Assembly (NCBI GenBank): GCA_963798915.1
Contig: CAWCVB010000008.1
Location: forward strand, 1 to 43,712
Length of the DNA stretch: 43,712 nt
Direction of reading: 5' to 3'
Origin: an uncultured Gemmatimonadales bacterium
GTDB lineage: Bacteria > Gemmatimonadota > Gemmatimonadetes > Gemmatimonadales > GWC2-71-9
The notes under the pieces are model-generated. The model was not told the origin of the DNA and did no database searches. It was given only the letters and a program-made list of their open reading frames with translations. Of this stretch, positions 19,225 to 28,999 are shown piece after piece. A program made the position numbers and the translations under genes. Numbering within the stretch: the stretch's first letter is position 1; each line of letters starts with the position of its first letter.

Positions 19225-20369
19225 CGCGGATGCGCCAGCATAGCACCGAGTCGTCGGGCCGCGATCAACGGCAGCGCTGCGACGTTATCCCGGTCCGTAT
19301 GCACGCGCCGCAGCGTGGTCCAGTTCAGCCGCGCCACCGTCACGGCCCGTGCACCCACCCGCGCGAACGCCAGGCTGTCCACCATGATGCCGGGCGGCAG
19401 CCGGCGGCGCCGCACCACGTAGCCGGGAGAGTCGAGCGCCTGCCTCAGGCGCTCGGCCAGCCGCTCTCCCTCGCGATCGTGCGCCACGATCGTGACATCG
19501 CCGATGTCGTCGACCGTGTCGATATTGATGACGTCCCTGCCTCGTACCAGCCCGGGGTTCTGCTGGGCGAGAATGCGTGACCCGACGAGCCCGAACTCCT
19601 CGGCCCCCGTAAAGATGAAACCGGCCCGTTCGTCCGATGTCTCGGCAGCGCACAGGGCCGCCGTCAGGCCTGAGCCGTTGTCCACCGCACCGATCGTTCG
19701 GCCCCTCAGCCGAGCCCGCGTGCAGAGCACGCTGGCAGCGAGCGTGAGGCCTGCCGCTCCGGCCACCCATGCTGGAGGCGGCACCATCCCGAGCCGCATG
19801 GCAGCGAGCGCGAGCATCACGAGCATCGCAAGCGCCGTGATGGCCAGCGTCACCAGCCGCCCGGCCATGCTCTGCCGCTGCGCCTTGGTGTCCACGTGCG
19901 CCACGATCCAGCGTTCGACCTCCGCATCCGGGCGCTGAACGATGAGATTGGCGTCCTCCCGGCGCTCGCCGCGTGCCGGCGCCCAGCCAAGTGCGATACC
20001 GGCCGCTATGGCGGTAAGGGCTGCCATGCCAAGAAGCCAGGTGACCAGTGCCGCCCAGCCCGGTGCGCTGCCCATCAGGAGAAGCGGGATCATCAGCACG
20101 GCGAGCCATCCGAGCCCGGCTCCGAAAACGGGAAGCGCGTTGAGCGTGCCGGTGGAAAAGGCGAAGCGCTGGATCGTCACACGGAAGCCCAGCGCCTCGA
20201 AATGGTCGGCCAGCAACTGTCGCGCTTCTGCGGCAGCCGGCGTGCCAGCCTCGCGCTCCAGCTCCAGCAGGAGCCGGATGACGTCATCGGTGCCGGACGG
20301 GGAAAGCCCTGGTTCAGCCTCCGGCACCACTGCCCCGCTGGGCTGCCCGGGCCGTCGCCTCATCGACAT
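19221..20369 (-). CDS. M28-family metallopeptidase with internal TM segments (start uncertain)
   Basis: IVAHVDT, GAVDNGSG, GAEEFGLVGS, INIDTV and VHTDRD metal-ligand pattern, plus about four hydrophobic helices. Confidence 0.8.
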   Translation of the reverse strand: MSMRRRPGQPSGAVVPEAEPGLSPSGTDDVIRLLLELEREAGTPAAAEARQLLADHFEALGFRVTIQRFAFSTGTLNALPVFGAGLGWLAVLMIPLLLMGSAPGWAALVTWLLGMAALTAIAAGIALGWAPARGERREDANLIVQRPDAEVERWIVAHVDTKAQRQSMAGRLVTLAITALAMLVMLALAAMRLGMVPPPAWVAGAAGLTLAASVLCTRARLRGRTIGAVDNGSGLTAALCAAETSDERAGFIFTGAEEFGLVGSRILAQQNPGLVRGRDVINIDTVDDIGDVTIVAHDREGERLAERLRQALDSPGYVVRRRRLPPGIMVDSLAFARVGARAVTVARLNWTTLRRVHTDRDNVAALPLIAARRLGAMLAHPR

Positions 20370-21384
20370 CTCCGTCGGCGGTCAACTCGGCCAGGTGCTC
20401 GGAAAACGTCTGCATCAGGTCGGAGTCTGCCATCACCTTCCGCACCTTCCCCGGGCTCTGGTTGCTGCGAAGCAGGTCACGCACGGCATCATTGACAAGG
20501 AGGATCTCCACCGCGGCCGCTCGCCCCTCCTCTTTCTTCCGGGGCAGCAGCTGCTGGGCGACGATGGCGCTGAGCGACTCCGCCAGGCGCATGCGCCCGA
20601 TCTCGCGCTCTTCTGACGGGAACATCGCTACACACTGCTGAACCGCGGAGACCACGTCGGGAGCCGCCATGGTGCCGATCACCAGTAATCCGGCTTCGGC
20701 CGCCTTGAGGGCGGTGCTCAGCGTCATGACATCGCTGATTTCACCGAGCACCACCACATCCGGATCCTGCCGGAGCGCTGCCTGCAGGCCGATCGCGGCG
20801 GAGTCGGTATCCACGCCCACCTCGCGCTGGGTCACCGAGGAGGTGAGGTCGCGATGCAGAAACTCGATCGGATTCTCGATCGTCACGATATGCTTGTGCC
20901 GGGTGGCGTTGATGTGGTGCACGATCGCCGCAATCGTGGAACTGCGGCCGCTGCCGCCCATGCCGCCAACGATGACGAGGCCGCGTTCGACGTCGGCCAC
21001 GCGGACGAGGCCCTCCGGCAAGCGTAGCGTTTCGAAGGTCGGCACGGCAAAGGGAATCACCCGCATCACGATCATGAACGAGGACCGCTGGCGCAGCACA
21101 TTTACCCGGAACCGGCCCACGCCGGGCATGCCCCAGGAGCAATCGAAGTCGCGCATCGAGTCCAGCCGAGCCCGATCCTCGTCGCTGGTCAGGAGCCGCA
21201 GCGCAATGGCGCGAGTCTGGTCGGGGGTCAGCCGCTGCTTGGTCAGCGCCACCAGGCGGCCGTCGATCCGGGCACGGAAGACGTCGCCGGCCTTGATGTG
21301 CAGGTCCGAGGCGCCGCGCTCGACCGCGGTCGCGATGATCTTCTCGATGCTGGTGCGAGCCGGCTGGCTCTGCTCCTCGCTCAT
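20314..21384 (-). CDS. PilT/PilU-family ATPase, degenerate motifs
   Basis: ASDLHIKAG, GRFRVN, TIENPIEF, QREVG, ALRQDPDVVVLGE, QQLLPR. Walker A reads GMGGSGRS. Confidence 0.88.
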   Translation of the reverse strand: MSEEQSQPARTSIEKIIATAVERGASDLHIKAGDVFRARIDGRLVALTKQRLTPDQTRAIALRLLTSDEDRARLDSMRDFDCSWGMPGVGRFRVNVLRQRSSFMIVMRVIPFAVPTFETLRLPEGLVRVADVERGLVIVGGMGGSGRSSTIAAIVHHINATRHKHIVTIENPIEFLHRDLTSSVTQREVGVDTDSAAIGLQAALRQDPDVVVLGEISDVMTLSTALKAAEAGLLVIGTMAAPDVVSAVQQCVAMFPSEEREIGRMRLAESLSAIVAQQLLPRKKEEGRAAAVEILLVNDAVRDLLRSNQSPGKVRKVMADSDLMQTFSEHLAELTADGDVDEATARAAQRGSGAGG

Positions 21385-22373
21385 GTCCGCCTCATGAACC
21401 CCATGTGATCGTGGACCAGCGCCATTGTCTCTCCCGCCAACGTCCGGGCGCGCTGTGCGCCGCGGTGCAGGATCTCGTCCACCTGGGCCGGGTTGGCGTC
21501 CAATTCCTGGGCGCGCTCGCGGATGGGCGCCAGCGTGGCGCTCATGTTGTCAGCCAGTACCCGCTTGCAGTCAAGGCAACCCCAGCGCGCACCCCGGCAA
21601 TTCACCGCCACCTCCTGAACCGTCGCAGGCGGCGAGAAATGCCGGTGCAGGTCGTAGATGTTGCAGATCTCCGGCGTCCCGGGGTCCTGGCGACGCTTGC
21701 GGGCCGGGTCGGTCTTGGCCGGCCGCAATTTCTGCCAGATTTCCTCCGGGGAATCGAGCATCCCGATCGTATTCCCCCGACTCTTGGACATCTTGGTTTC
21801 CCCATCGGTGCCCATGACGCGCTTGGCCGTGGTGAGCAGCGGTTCCGGCTCGGGCAGGACCACCTGGCCTCCACCGAACATGTTGTTCCAGCGACGCGCG
21901 GTGTCGCGCGCGAGTTCCAGATGCTGCACCTGGTCCTCTCCGACCGGCACCAGGTCGGCCCGGTAAAGCAGGATGTCGGCGGCCATCAGAATCGGGTAGT
22001 TCAGCAATCCCGCCGGGATCCCCTCGAGCTCGGCGGACTTATCCTTGTACTGGGTCATGCGCTCGAGCTCGCCGACATGGGTCACCGCATTGAGCAGCCA
22101 CATGAGTTCCGAGTGCGCTGCCACATGCGACTGGACGAAGAGCAGCACGCGATCCGGATCGACTCCTGCCGCGAGCACGCCCACCGCCATTTCACGGGTT
22201 CGCCGGGCGTGCCCCGCCGGGTCGTAGAACGCACCCGTAATGGCATGCAGATCCACAATGCAGAAGATGCAGTCGTACTTTTCCTGCAGCTCCACCCAGT
22301 TGCGCACCGCCCCGAGCCAGTTGCCGATGTGCAGCTCGCCGGTGGGCTGAATTCCAGAAAAGATGCGTGGCAT
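21381..22373 (-). CDS. trpS: Tryptophan--tRNA ligase
   Basis: FSGIQPTGELHIGNW, VDLHAIT, YPILMAADIL, VPVGEDQVQHLE, KMSKS. Confidence 0.97.
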   Translation of the reverse strand: MPRIFSGIQPTGELHIGNWLGAVRNWVELQEKYDCIFCIVDLHAITGAFYDPAGHARRTREMAVGVLAAGVDPDRVLLFVQSHVAAHSELMWLLNAVTHVGELERMTQYKDKSAELEGIPAGLLNYPILMAADILLYRADLVPVGEDQVQHLELARDTARRWNNMFGGGQVVLPEPEPLLTTAKRVMGTDGETKMSKSRGNTIGMLDSPEEIWQKLRPAKTDPARKRRQDPGTPEICNIYDLHRHFSPPATVQEVAVNCRGARWGCLDCKRVLADNMSATLAPIRERAQELDANPAQVDEILHRGAQRARTLAGETMALVHDHMGFMRRT

Positions 22374-22380
22374 GCCGCGC

Positions 22381-22409
22381 AAGGTATCCATCCCGGAGAA
22401 TGGCCGCAA
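22381..22409 (-). promoter_or_regulatory. Promoter of trpS, probably leaderless
   Basis: TTGCGG-17 nt-TACCTT, 7 nt before ATG 22373. Confidence 0.6.
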
Positions 22410-22410
22410 G

Positions 22411-23196
22411 ATGGTGACAGACTTGAACTTAGTGCATATCGCCGAACGGGCCGCTCGCGCTGCCGGCGACTACATCCGGACCACCGGTCGGCCGGCAGAC
22501 TCGCTCCGGTGGAGCGAGAAGGGACGCCATGACTATGTGAGCGACGTGGACCGGGGCGCCGAAGAGCTGATCCGAACAATCCTGGCTGAGTCCGCGCCTG
22601 GCACGCACGTGGTTGGTGAGGAGCTGGGACCCGAGCTGGCGCTCGAGGGCATCGCCTGGATCGTCGATCCGATCGACGGCACGACCAACTTTCTGCATGG
22701 TTATCCGGCATATGCCGTCTCCATCGCCGCGGCTGTCGATGGCGTCCTCGAGGCGGGTGTGGTGCTGCACGTACCGGATGGCCGGCTCTTTCATGCGTCC
22801 CGCGGAGACGGAGCGTACTGCGACAATGCCAGCATTCACGTGTCGAGCATTACCGATCCTTCCCGTGCACTCATCGGCACCGGGTTTCCGTTCAAGGATC
22901 TGTCGGGAATCGATCGCTACCTCCAGCAGTTTACTGCCGTCGCGGCCGCCACCGCCGGCATCCGCCGCGCGGGCTCGGCCGCGCTTGACCTCTGCTCCGT
23001 GGCCTGCGGCGAATTTGATGCCTTCTGGGAGTTGAGCCTGTCACCCTGGGACGTCGCGGCCGGGATGCTCATTGTGCGTGAGGCCGGCGGTGTGGTCACC
23101 GATGACGAGGGGACGCACATCGGCATACAGCATGGGCCGATCGTCGCGGGAAATACCAGGATGCAGGCGTGGCTGCTGGGACTGGTCAAGAGATGA
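22411..23196 (+). CDS. suhB: Inositol monophosphatase family protein (SuhB-like)
   Basis: GEE, WIVDPIDGTTNFLHG, GTGFP, RRAGSAALDL, WDVAAG. Confidence 0.9.
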   Translation: MVTDLNLVHIAERAARAAGDYIRTTGRPADSLRWSEKGRHDYVSDVDRGAEELIRTILAESAPGTHVVGEELGPELALEGIAWIVDPIDGTTNFLHGYPAYAVSIAAAVDGVLEAGVVLHVPDGRLFHASRGDGAYCDNASIHVSSITDPSRALIGTGFPFKDLSGIDRYLQQFTAVAAATAGIRRAGSAALDLCSVACGEFDAFWELSLSPWDVAAGMLIVREAGGVVTDDEGTHIGIQHGPIVAGNTRMQAWLLGLVKR

Positions 23197-23209
23197 GCGC
23201 GTGGGACAA

Positions 23210-23233
23210 GGGCGCAACGCGCCGCGCCCCTAC
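23210..23233 (-). repeat. GTAG-type REP-like palindrome overlapping the map stop codon
   Basis: Minus strand reads GTAGGGGCGCGGCGCGTTGCGCCC. Confidence 0.65.
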
Positions 23234-23985
23234 ACCGTAACGGTCAACACCCTCGGCCCGTCCAGCGTGATCGCTATGGTATGCTCGAAGTGTGCGGCCA
23301 GACTGCCGTCCGCGGTCACCACGGTCCACTTGTCGGGCAGAGTGCGGGTCCGGTAGTCACCCTGGGTGATCATGGGCTCGATGGCGATGGTCATGCCGGG
23401 CTTGAGCTGGGCCCCCCGGCCCGGTTGCCCGTGATTGGGAACCTGCGGGTCTTCGTGGAATCGGGTGCCGATGCCATGCCCCACGAGTTCGCGGACCACG
23501 CCGAAGCCTGCCGCTTCCGCCACACCCTGCACCGCATGCCCGATGTCGCCCACGTGCTTGCCGGCGCGCGCGGCCGCGACGCCGGCCAGCAGCGCATCAA
23601 GGGTCACCTTCATCAGGCGCTCCGCCTCGGTGCTGACCTTCCCCACCGGTATCGTGGTGGCGGCATCCGCATGCAAGCCTTCCAGATGGACGCCGCAGTC
23701 CACGCTCACGATGCTTCCCTCCTTCAGCACGCGCTTCGTGGAGGGAATGCCGTGCACGATCTCCTCGTCCACGGACACGCAGAGCGTCTTGGGGAAGCCA
23801 TAGAGCCCCTTGAATGACGGCGAGGCGCCGTCATGGCTTCGAATGAATGCCTCGGCAGCCGCGTCGAGGTCCTCCGTCGTCAGCCCGGGCCGCACGATTT
23901 CCCGCATCAGGACGAGCGTACCAGCGACGATGCCGCCCGCGCGCGCCATGATGGCGATCTCCCGCGCGGACTTGATCGTGATCAT
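23230..23985 (-). CDS. map: Methionine aminopeptidase type I
   Basis: CVSVDEEIVHGIP, SVDCGV, ADAA, GHGIG, HEDP, AIEPM, AHFEHT. Confidence 0.97.
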   Translation of the reverse strand: MITIKSAREIAIMARAGGIVAGTLVLMREIVRPGLTTEDLDAAAEAFIRSHDGASPSFKGLYGFPKTLCVSVDEEIVHGIPSTKRVLKEGSIVSVDCGVHLEGLHADAATTIPVGKVSTEAERLMKVTLDALLAGVAAARAGKHVGDIGHAVQGVAEAAGFGVVRELVGHGIGTRFHEDPQVPNHGQPGRGAQLKPGMTIAIEPMITQGDYRTRTLPDKWTVVTADGSLAAHFEHTIAITLDGPRVLTVTV

Positions 23986-24545
23986 CGCGTGACCACCTTG
24001 CGCACCCGCTCGGCAATCTCCTCGACCGATCCGACGGCTGGAATCCTGGTGACGCCGCCCCGAGACTCGTACCAGGCCAGCACCGGGGCGGTCTGCCTTC
24101 GATATGCTTCGAGCCGGACGGCCACAGCGGCTGGGTCGTCATCCGCCCGCCCCTCGAGGCCCCGCCGGCGCGCCAACCGCGCCAGGATCTCCTCATCCGA
24201 GACATCAAAGAAGAGCACCTGTTCCATCCGGCGGCGCTGCTCGGCCAGGATGGACTCGACACCCTCGGCCTGCGCAATGGTCCGGACCACCCCATCGAAA
24301 ATCACGCCCCTGGCCGCATCCGGCTTGGCTAGCTCCTCACGGACCACACCCAGGATGATATCGTCGCTCACGAGCTGCCCGGCCTCCATGATCGCCTTGG
24401 CCTTGAGCCCCAGGGGCGTGCCGTGCTTGACGGCATCGCGCAGGAGATCGCCGGTGGCGAACTTGGGAACGCCGAGGGTCCGGGAAAGAATCGCGCCCTG
24501 GGTGCCTTTGCCTGCGCCCGGAGGGCCGAGAAGGAGGATATTCAT
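23982..24545 (-). CDS. adk: Adenylate kinase, short-LID type
   Basis: LLGPPGAGKGTQ, TGDLLR, GQLVSD, GRADD. Located between secY and map. Confidence 0.95.
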   Translation of the reverse strand: MNILLLGPPGAGKGTQGAILSRTLGVPKFATGDLLRDAVKHGTPLGLKAKAIMEAGQLVSDDIILGVVREELAKPDAARGVIFDGVVRTIAQAEGVESILAEQRRRMEQVLFFDVSDEEILARLARRRGLEGRADDDPAAVAVRLEAYRRQTAPVLAWYESRGGVTRIPAVGSVEEIAERVRKVVTR

Positions 24546-24547
24546 AG

Positions 24548-24683
24548 GGGTCACGGGTCGTGTGGGTCGTGGGTCATGGGTCATGGATCGTAGGTCACGG
24601 TTGGCCGTCCGATGCGCCGTAGGGGCACGGCATGCCGTGCCCCTACGATTCCGACACCGCCCTCGACCTGTGACCCACGACCT
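24548..24683. repeat. Compound repeat: inverted heptamer arms flanking a perfect 30-bp REP palindrome
   Basis: Seven GGGTCRY-like units at 24548-24598, CGTAGGGGCACGGCATGCCGTGCCCCTACG at 24618-24647, and three complementary units at 24663-24683. Confidence 0.8.
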
Positions 24684-25998
24684 ACATATATCTCTGCCGG
24701 CCGCGGAACTTGACCCGGCCGGTTTTCATGAAGCTGTCGTATTTGCGCAGCGTCCGGTGCTGCTCGATCTGGGCGACGGTATCCAGCAGCACGCCCACCA
24801 CGATCAGCACGGAGGTGCCACCGAAGTGAGCCTGGATCCCGGTCCAGTTTGAGACCACCAGGGGCACGAGCGACACGAACGCCAGGAACAACGAGCCCGG
24901 CAGGGTGATGCGGCCCAGCACATTGTCGATATAATCGGCCGTGCTGGCGCCGGGCCGCACGCCCGGGATGAACCCGCCCTGCTTCTTCAGGTTCTCGGCC
25001 AGGTCCACAGAGTTGAAGACGATCGAGGTGTAGAAGTAACTGAAGACCACCGTCATCAGGGTAAAGATGAACGCGTAGCCCCAGCCGCCGGTCGTGGGAT
25101 TGAAGAACGCCGCCACGTCCTGCAGCATCGGATTCTTCGTGAAGCTGGCCACCGTGGCCGGCACCACGATGATGGTCTGGGCAAAGATGATCGGCATGAC
25201 GCCGGCGGTAATGAGCCGGACCGGAATGAAGGTCTTCTGGCCTTCGCGGACCCGTCCCCGCCCCATCACCTTGCGCGGAATCTGGATGGGGATCCGTCGC
25301 GCCGCCATCGTCATGGCAACGGTGGCCGCGATGACCGCGAGGACGGCGGCCATGAAGAACACGGCGCCCAGCAGCGAGACCACGTCGCTCTTGATGAACT
25401 GGATCAGCTGCAGGGTGGCCGGCCAGAGCCGTTCCAGGATCGAGAACGTGATGAGCAGGCTCATGCCGTTGCCCACCCCGCGTTCGGTAATCTGCTCGCC
25501 CAGCCACATCACGAAGATGGCGCCGGTGGTCAGGGTAATGACCATGACCAGCCGGGAGGTGAAACCGGGATTGGCCACCGCACCAGGGATGGATTCGGTG
25601 AACAGGGCGTAGGTGTACGCCTGCGCCAGCGACAGGGCCACGGTGCAGTAGCGCGTCCACTGGGTGATCTTCTTCCGGCCGTCCTCGTCCTTCTGCATCT
25701 TGCCCACCGAGGGCATGACGCCGCCGGCCAGCTGGAAGATGATGGACGCCGAGATGTACGGCATGATGCCAAGGGCAAATACGGTGGCGCGCGAGAGCCC
25801 GCCGCCCAGGGTGTCGTAGAGCCCGAAAAAGCCGGCGGCACCCGAATTCCGGATGTAGTCGGCGAGGGCCTGCACGTTCACGCCCGGTGCGGCGATATGG
25901 GCGCCGATCCGGTAGAGCAGCAATGCGATGAAGGTGAACCAGAGCTTGCGCTTCAGTTCCTCGTCAATCGCGAAGGCTGGAACGCGGGGTGCAGTCAC
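24682..25998 (-). CDS. secY: Preprotein translocase subunit SecY
   Basis: FALGIMPYISASII, WLGEQITERGVGNGMSLLI, GVMPIIFA, GGFIPGVRPG, FGGTSVLIVVGV. Confidence 0.98.
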   Translation of the reverse strand: MTAPRVPAFAIDEELKRKLWFTFIALLLYRIGAHIAAPGVNVQALADYIRNSGAAGFFGLYDTLGGGLSRATVFALGIMPYISASIIFQLAGGVMPSVGKMQKDEDGRKKITQWTRYCTVALSLAQAYTYALFTESIPGAVANPGFTSRLVMVITLTTGAIFVMWLGEQITERGVGNGMSLLITFSILERLWPATLQLIQFIKSDVVSLLGAVFFMAAVLAVIAATVAMTMAARRIPIQIPRKVMGRGRVREGQKTFIPVRLITAGVMPIIFAQTIIVVPATVASFTKNPMLQDVAAFFNPTTGGWGYAFIFTLMTVVFSYFYTSIVFNSVDLAENLKKQGGFIPGVRPGASTADYIDNVLGRITLPGSLFLAFVSLVPLVVSNWTGIQAHFGGTSVLIVVGVLLDTVAQIEQHRTLRKYDSFMKTGRVKFRGRQRYM

Positions 25999-26453
25999 GA
26001 CGGCTCGACCTGGCCGCCGGCGGCCTCAACCTTGGCGCGCGCGCTGGCCGAGCAAGTCATCCCGCTCACCTTGTAGGCCCGATCCGCATCACCTTGTCCC
26101 AGCAGCTTGACTGGCGTGCCGGCCTGCCGAATCAGCCCAGCCGCATGGAGCGTCTCGGGCGTCACCGCGGCATCCGGGAGCACGGACAGCTGGCCCAGGT
26201 TCACCACCTGCGCCGTGACCTTGAAGGGATTGGTGAAGCCGCGCTTGGGCAGGCGCCGGTAGAGCGGCATCTGGCCACCCTCGAACCCGGGGTTGGTGCT
26301 GCCGCCGGTGCGTGCCTTGTGCCCCTTGTGGCCGCGCCCCGAGGTCTTGCCCAGGCCGGAGCCAATGCCCCGCCCCACCCGCTTGCGCGCGGTGGTGGCG
26401 CCCTTGGGGGCGCGAAGATTCGAAAGGGTAAGCTTCTCGTTCTGGTCCGCCAT
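25995..26453 (-). CDS. rplO: 50S ribosomal protein uL15
   Basis: [38 protein letters not shown]. Confidence 0.98.
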   Translation of the reverse strand: MADQNEKLTLSNLRAPKGATTARKRVGRGIGSGLGKTSGRGHKGHKARTGGSTNPGFEGGQMPLYRRLPKRGFTNPFKVTAQVVNLGQLSVLPDAAVTPETLHAAGLIRQAGTPVKLLGQGDADRAYKVSGMTCSASARAKVEAAGGQVEPS

Positions 26454-26713
26454 CAGGCCTCCCCGGCCGGCGCCACATCCACGAGGTGGCGCACCTTGTA
26501 CAGCATGCCACGCACCGACGGATCGTCCTTGACCACCACCGTCTGCTGGTGATGGCGGAGGCCCAGCGCACGCAACGTCCGGCGCATGGTCTCCGCGTGT
26601 CCGATGGTCGAGCGAATCTGAGTGACGCGCAGGCCCTTGGCCTGCACCGCATCGGGCAGGGTCGCCGCGTGATGCGCCGGGCCCTGCCGTCCAACGACTG
26701 GATTGCGTGCCAT
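26453..26713 (-). CDS. rpmD: 50S ribosomal protein uL30 with N-terminal extension
   Basis: [31 protein letters not shown], canonical position. Confidence 0.95.
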   Translation of the reverse strand: MARNPVVGRQGPAHHAATLPDAVQAKGLRVTQIRSTIGHAETMRRTLRALGLRHHQQTVVVKDDPSVRGMLYKVRHLVDVAPAGEA

Positions 26714-26715
26714 GA

Positions 26716-27420
26716 TCAGGCCTCCTGCCGCGGCCGGTATGCGATCGCCTCGACCTCGATGCCTCGCTCCCGGGCCACCTGTCGAACGCTCACGAGACTG
26801 GCCAGGCCCTGGGCCGTGGCGCGCACCATGTTATGCGGGTTGGTGGAGCCCAGGCACTTGGTCAGGATGTCGGTGATACCTGCACACTCCAGCACGGCGC
26901 GCACCGGGCCCCCGGCGATCACGCCGGTACCAGTCGCGGCGGGCTTGAGCAGCACACGGCCGGCGCCATGCTGGCCGATGACCTCGTGCGGAATGGTGGT
27001 GCCGGTGCGCGGCAGGTCGAACATGTTGCGCTTGGCGGCTTCGACCGCCTTTCGCACCGCTTCCGACACTTCATTGGCCTTGCCGGTGGCGATACCCACC
27101 CGGCCCTTGCCGTCGCCGACCGCGACCAGCGCGTTGAACGAGAACCGGCGGCCGCCCTTGACCACCTTGGCCACCCGGTTGATGGAGACCACGTTCTCGA
27201 TCAGATCGTTCCCTTCCCGGTCGCCCCGGTCGCCTCCGCGACCGCCACGACCACCGCCGCCCCGGCCACCACCCCGGCCACCGCGGGCACCACCGCCCCG
27301 ACCACCGCGACCCGGACGTTCCTGCGCGGCAGGAGCGCTACCCTCGATCGCCTGAACTCCCTGGGGGGAGGTCGGGGCCTTCTGCTGCGCCGTGGCGCCT
27401 GTCTGCGTCTCGTCTGCCAT
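26716..27420 (-). CDS. rpsE: 30S ribosomal protein uS5 with RGG-rich N-terminus
   Basis: [38 protein letters not shown]. Confidence 0.98.
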   Translation of the reverse strand: MADETQTGATAQQKAPTSPQGVQAIEGSAPAAQERPGRGGRGGGARGGRGGGRGGGGRGGRGGDRGDREGNDLIENVVSINRVAKVVKGGRRFSFNALVAVGDGKGRVGIATGKANEVSEAVRKAVEAAKRNMFDLPRTGTTIPHEVIGQHGAGRVLLKPAATGTGVIAGGPVRAVLECAGITDILTKCLGSTNPHNMVRATAQGLASLVSVRQVARERGIEVEAIAYRPRQEA

Positions 27421-27792
27421 TTAGAACTCCAGTCCGCCCTCGCGTGCGCCGTCAGCGACGGCCTTCACGCGACCATGATATCGGTAACCGCCCCGGTCGA
27501 AGACCACGCGGCTGATGCCTGCTGCCTTGGCCCGCTCGGCGAGGAGGCTGCCGGTGGCCTTGCCACGGCCCACCTTGCCGCCCTCGCTGGGGGTAATGCC
27601 CTCGCTGTGATCGCTCACCCCAAGCAGGGTCACGCCGCGCACGTCGTCGACCAGCTGGGCATAGATATGCTTGAGCGACCGGTACACCACGAGGCGCGGA
27701 CGCTCGGCGGTACCTGCCACCGTCTTGCGCAGCCGGATGTGACGGCGGTGCCGCCGCTGCAGGCGCGACTTGGGTGCGTGGATGGCACGCAT
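27421..27792 (-). CDS. rplR: 50S ribosomal protein uL18
   Basis: [29 protein letters not shown]. Confidence 0.98.
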   Translation of the reverse strand: MRAIHAPKSRLQRRHRRHIRLRKTVAGTAERPRLVVYRSLKHIYAQLVDDVRGVTLLGVSDHSEGITPSEGGKVGRGKATGSLLAERAKAAGISRVVFDRGGYRYHGRVKAVADGAREGGLEF

Positions 27793-27794
27793 GA

Positions 27795-28334
27795 TTACTT
27801 GGCTCCTGTCTTGCCGGCTTTCCGGCGGACCTGTTCACCCTGATACCTGATGCCCTTGCCCTTGTAGGGTTCGGGAGGGCGCACCAGCCGGATCTCAGCG
27901 GCAACCTGGCCAACCTTCTCCTTGTCAGCGCCCTCGATCCGGACCAGCGTGTTGTTCTCAACCGAGATCTTGACGCCCTCAGGCGCCCGGAACTCGACTG
28001 GATGCGAATATCCCACCACCAGGTTCACGCCGTACGGCTTGGTCTCGGCTTTGTAGCCGACGCCCTGGATCTCGAGCGTCTTGCGGAAGCCCTTGTCCAC
28101 GCCCTCGACCATGTTGGCGACCAGCGCGCGGGTGAGCCCATGCAGCGCCCGCGAACGCGGCTCGTCGTTGGGCCGTGTCACGTTGACCTGTTCCCCGGCC
28201 ATTGCCACGTCGATACCGGCGGGCAGTGACCGCTGCAGTTCTCCGCGCGGCCCCTTGACCCGGACGGTGCGGCCGGTGATCTCGATGGTGACGCCTTTCG
28301 GGATGATCACCGGCATCTTGCCAATGCGGCTCAT
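27795..28334 (-). CDS. rplF: 50S ribosomal protein uL6
   Basis: [27 protein letters not shown]. Confidence 0.98.
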   Translation of the reverse strand: MSRIGKMPVIIPKGVTIEITGRTVRVKGPRGELQRSLPAGIDVAMAGEQVNVTRPNDEPRSRALHGLTRALVANMVEGVDKGFRKTLEIQGVGYKAETKPYGVNLVVGYSHPVEFRAPEGVKISVENNTLVRIEGADKEKVGQVAAEIRLVRPPEPYKGKGIRYQGEQVRRKAGKTGAK

Positions 28335-28344
28335 CGCGCCCTCC

Positions 28345-28740
28345 CTACCAGACGACGGCGAGCAGTTCGCCGCCGAGGTTCTGGGTCCGCGCATCGCGGT
28401 CGCTCATCAGCCCGCGCGACGTGCTCACGATGGCCATGCCCAGGCCATTCTTGACCCGGGGGATCTCGCGGCTCTTGACATAGCGCCGGAGACCGGGAGT
28501 CGAGACACGCCGGAGTTCCCGAATCACCGGGGACTCATCGTGATACTTGAGGTACAGCCGAAGCACGCCGTGCGCCCCGTCATCGAGGACCTTGAAGTCC
28601 GCGATGTAATGATTGTCCTTGAGCAGCCGCGCCATTTCGCCCTTGAGCTTGCTCACCGGCATGTCGACCCGCCGGTGGCCCGCTGCGCAGGCGTTGCGGA
28701 TGCGCGTCAGCATGTCCGCTACGGGATCTGTCAGGCTCAT
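28345..28740 (-). CDS. rpsH: 30S ribosomal protein uS8
   Basis: DPVADMLTRIRNA, STPGLRRY, IVSTSRG. Confidence 0.98.
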   Translation of the reverse strand: MSLTDPVADMLTRIRNACAAGHRRVDMPVSKLKGEMARLLKDNHYIADFKVLDDGAHGVLRLYLKYHDESPVIRELRRVSTPGLRRYVKSREIPRVKNGLGMAIVSTSRGLMSDRDARTQNLGGELLAVVW

Positions 28741-28752
28741 CGCACCCTTCCC

Positions 28753-28938
28753 TTACCAGCTGGCCTTGCGCACGCCGGGGATCATCCCCTGCAATGCGAG
28801 ATCGCGGAAGCAGATCCGGCAGAGGCCGAACTTGCGCAGTACCGCGCGCGAGCGGCCGCACCGCTGGCACCGCCGTACCACTCGCGACTTGAATTTTGGC
28901 GTGCGCTTTGCGCGCTCGATCCAACACGTCTTCGCCAT
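28753..28938 (-). CDS. rpsN: 30S ribosomal protein uS14, zinc-binding (type Z)
   Basis: [25 protein letters not shown]. Confidence 0.97.
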   Translation of the reverse strand: MAKTCWIERAKRTPKFKSRVVRRCQRCGRSRAVLRKFGLCRICFRDLALQGMIPGVRKASW

Positions 28939-28955
28939 ATGACTCCCTGATTTCG

Positions 28956-28985
28956 GTATGGGCGAAGCCCTGGCTTCGCCCCTTC
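28956..28985. repeat. REP-like palindrome between rplE and rpsN
   Basis: GTATGGGCGAAGCC-CT-GGCTTCGCCCCTTC. Confidence 0.6.
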
Positions 28986-28999
28986 ACTTTTCCTCGGCC

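Noticed and set aside
24546..24600. Tandem units as a possible CRISPR array, or as an Adk N-terminal extension
   Set aside because: The units are 7 nt with no spacers and there are no cas genes. The extension MTHDPRPTRPVTP is simply the repeat translated.
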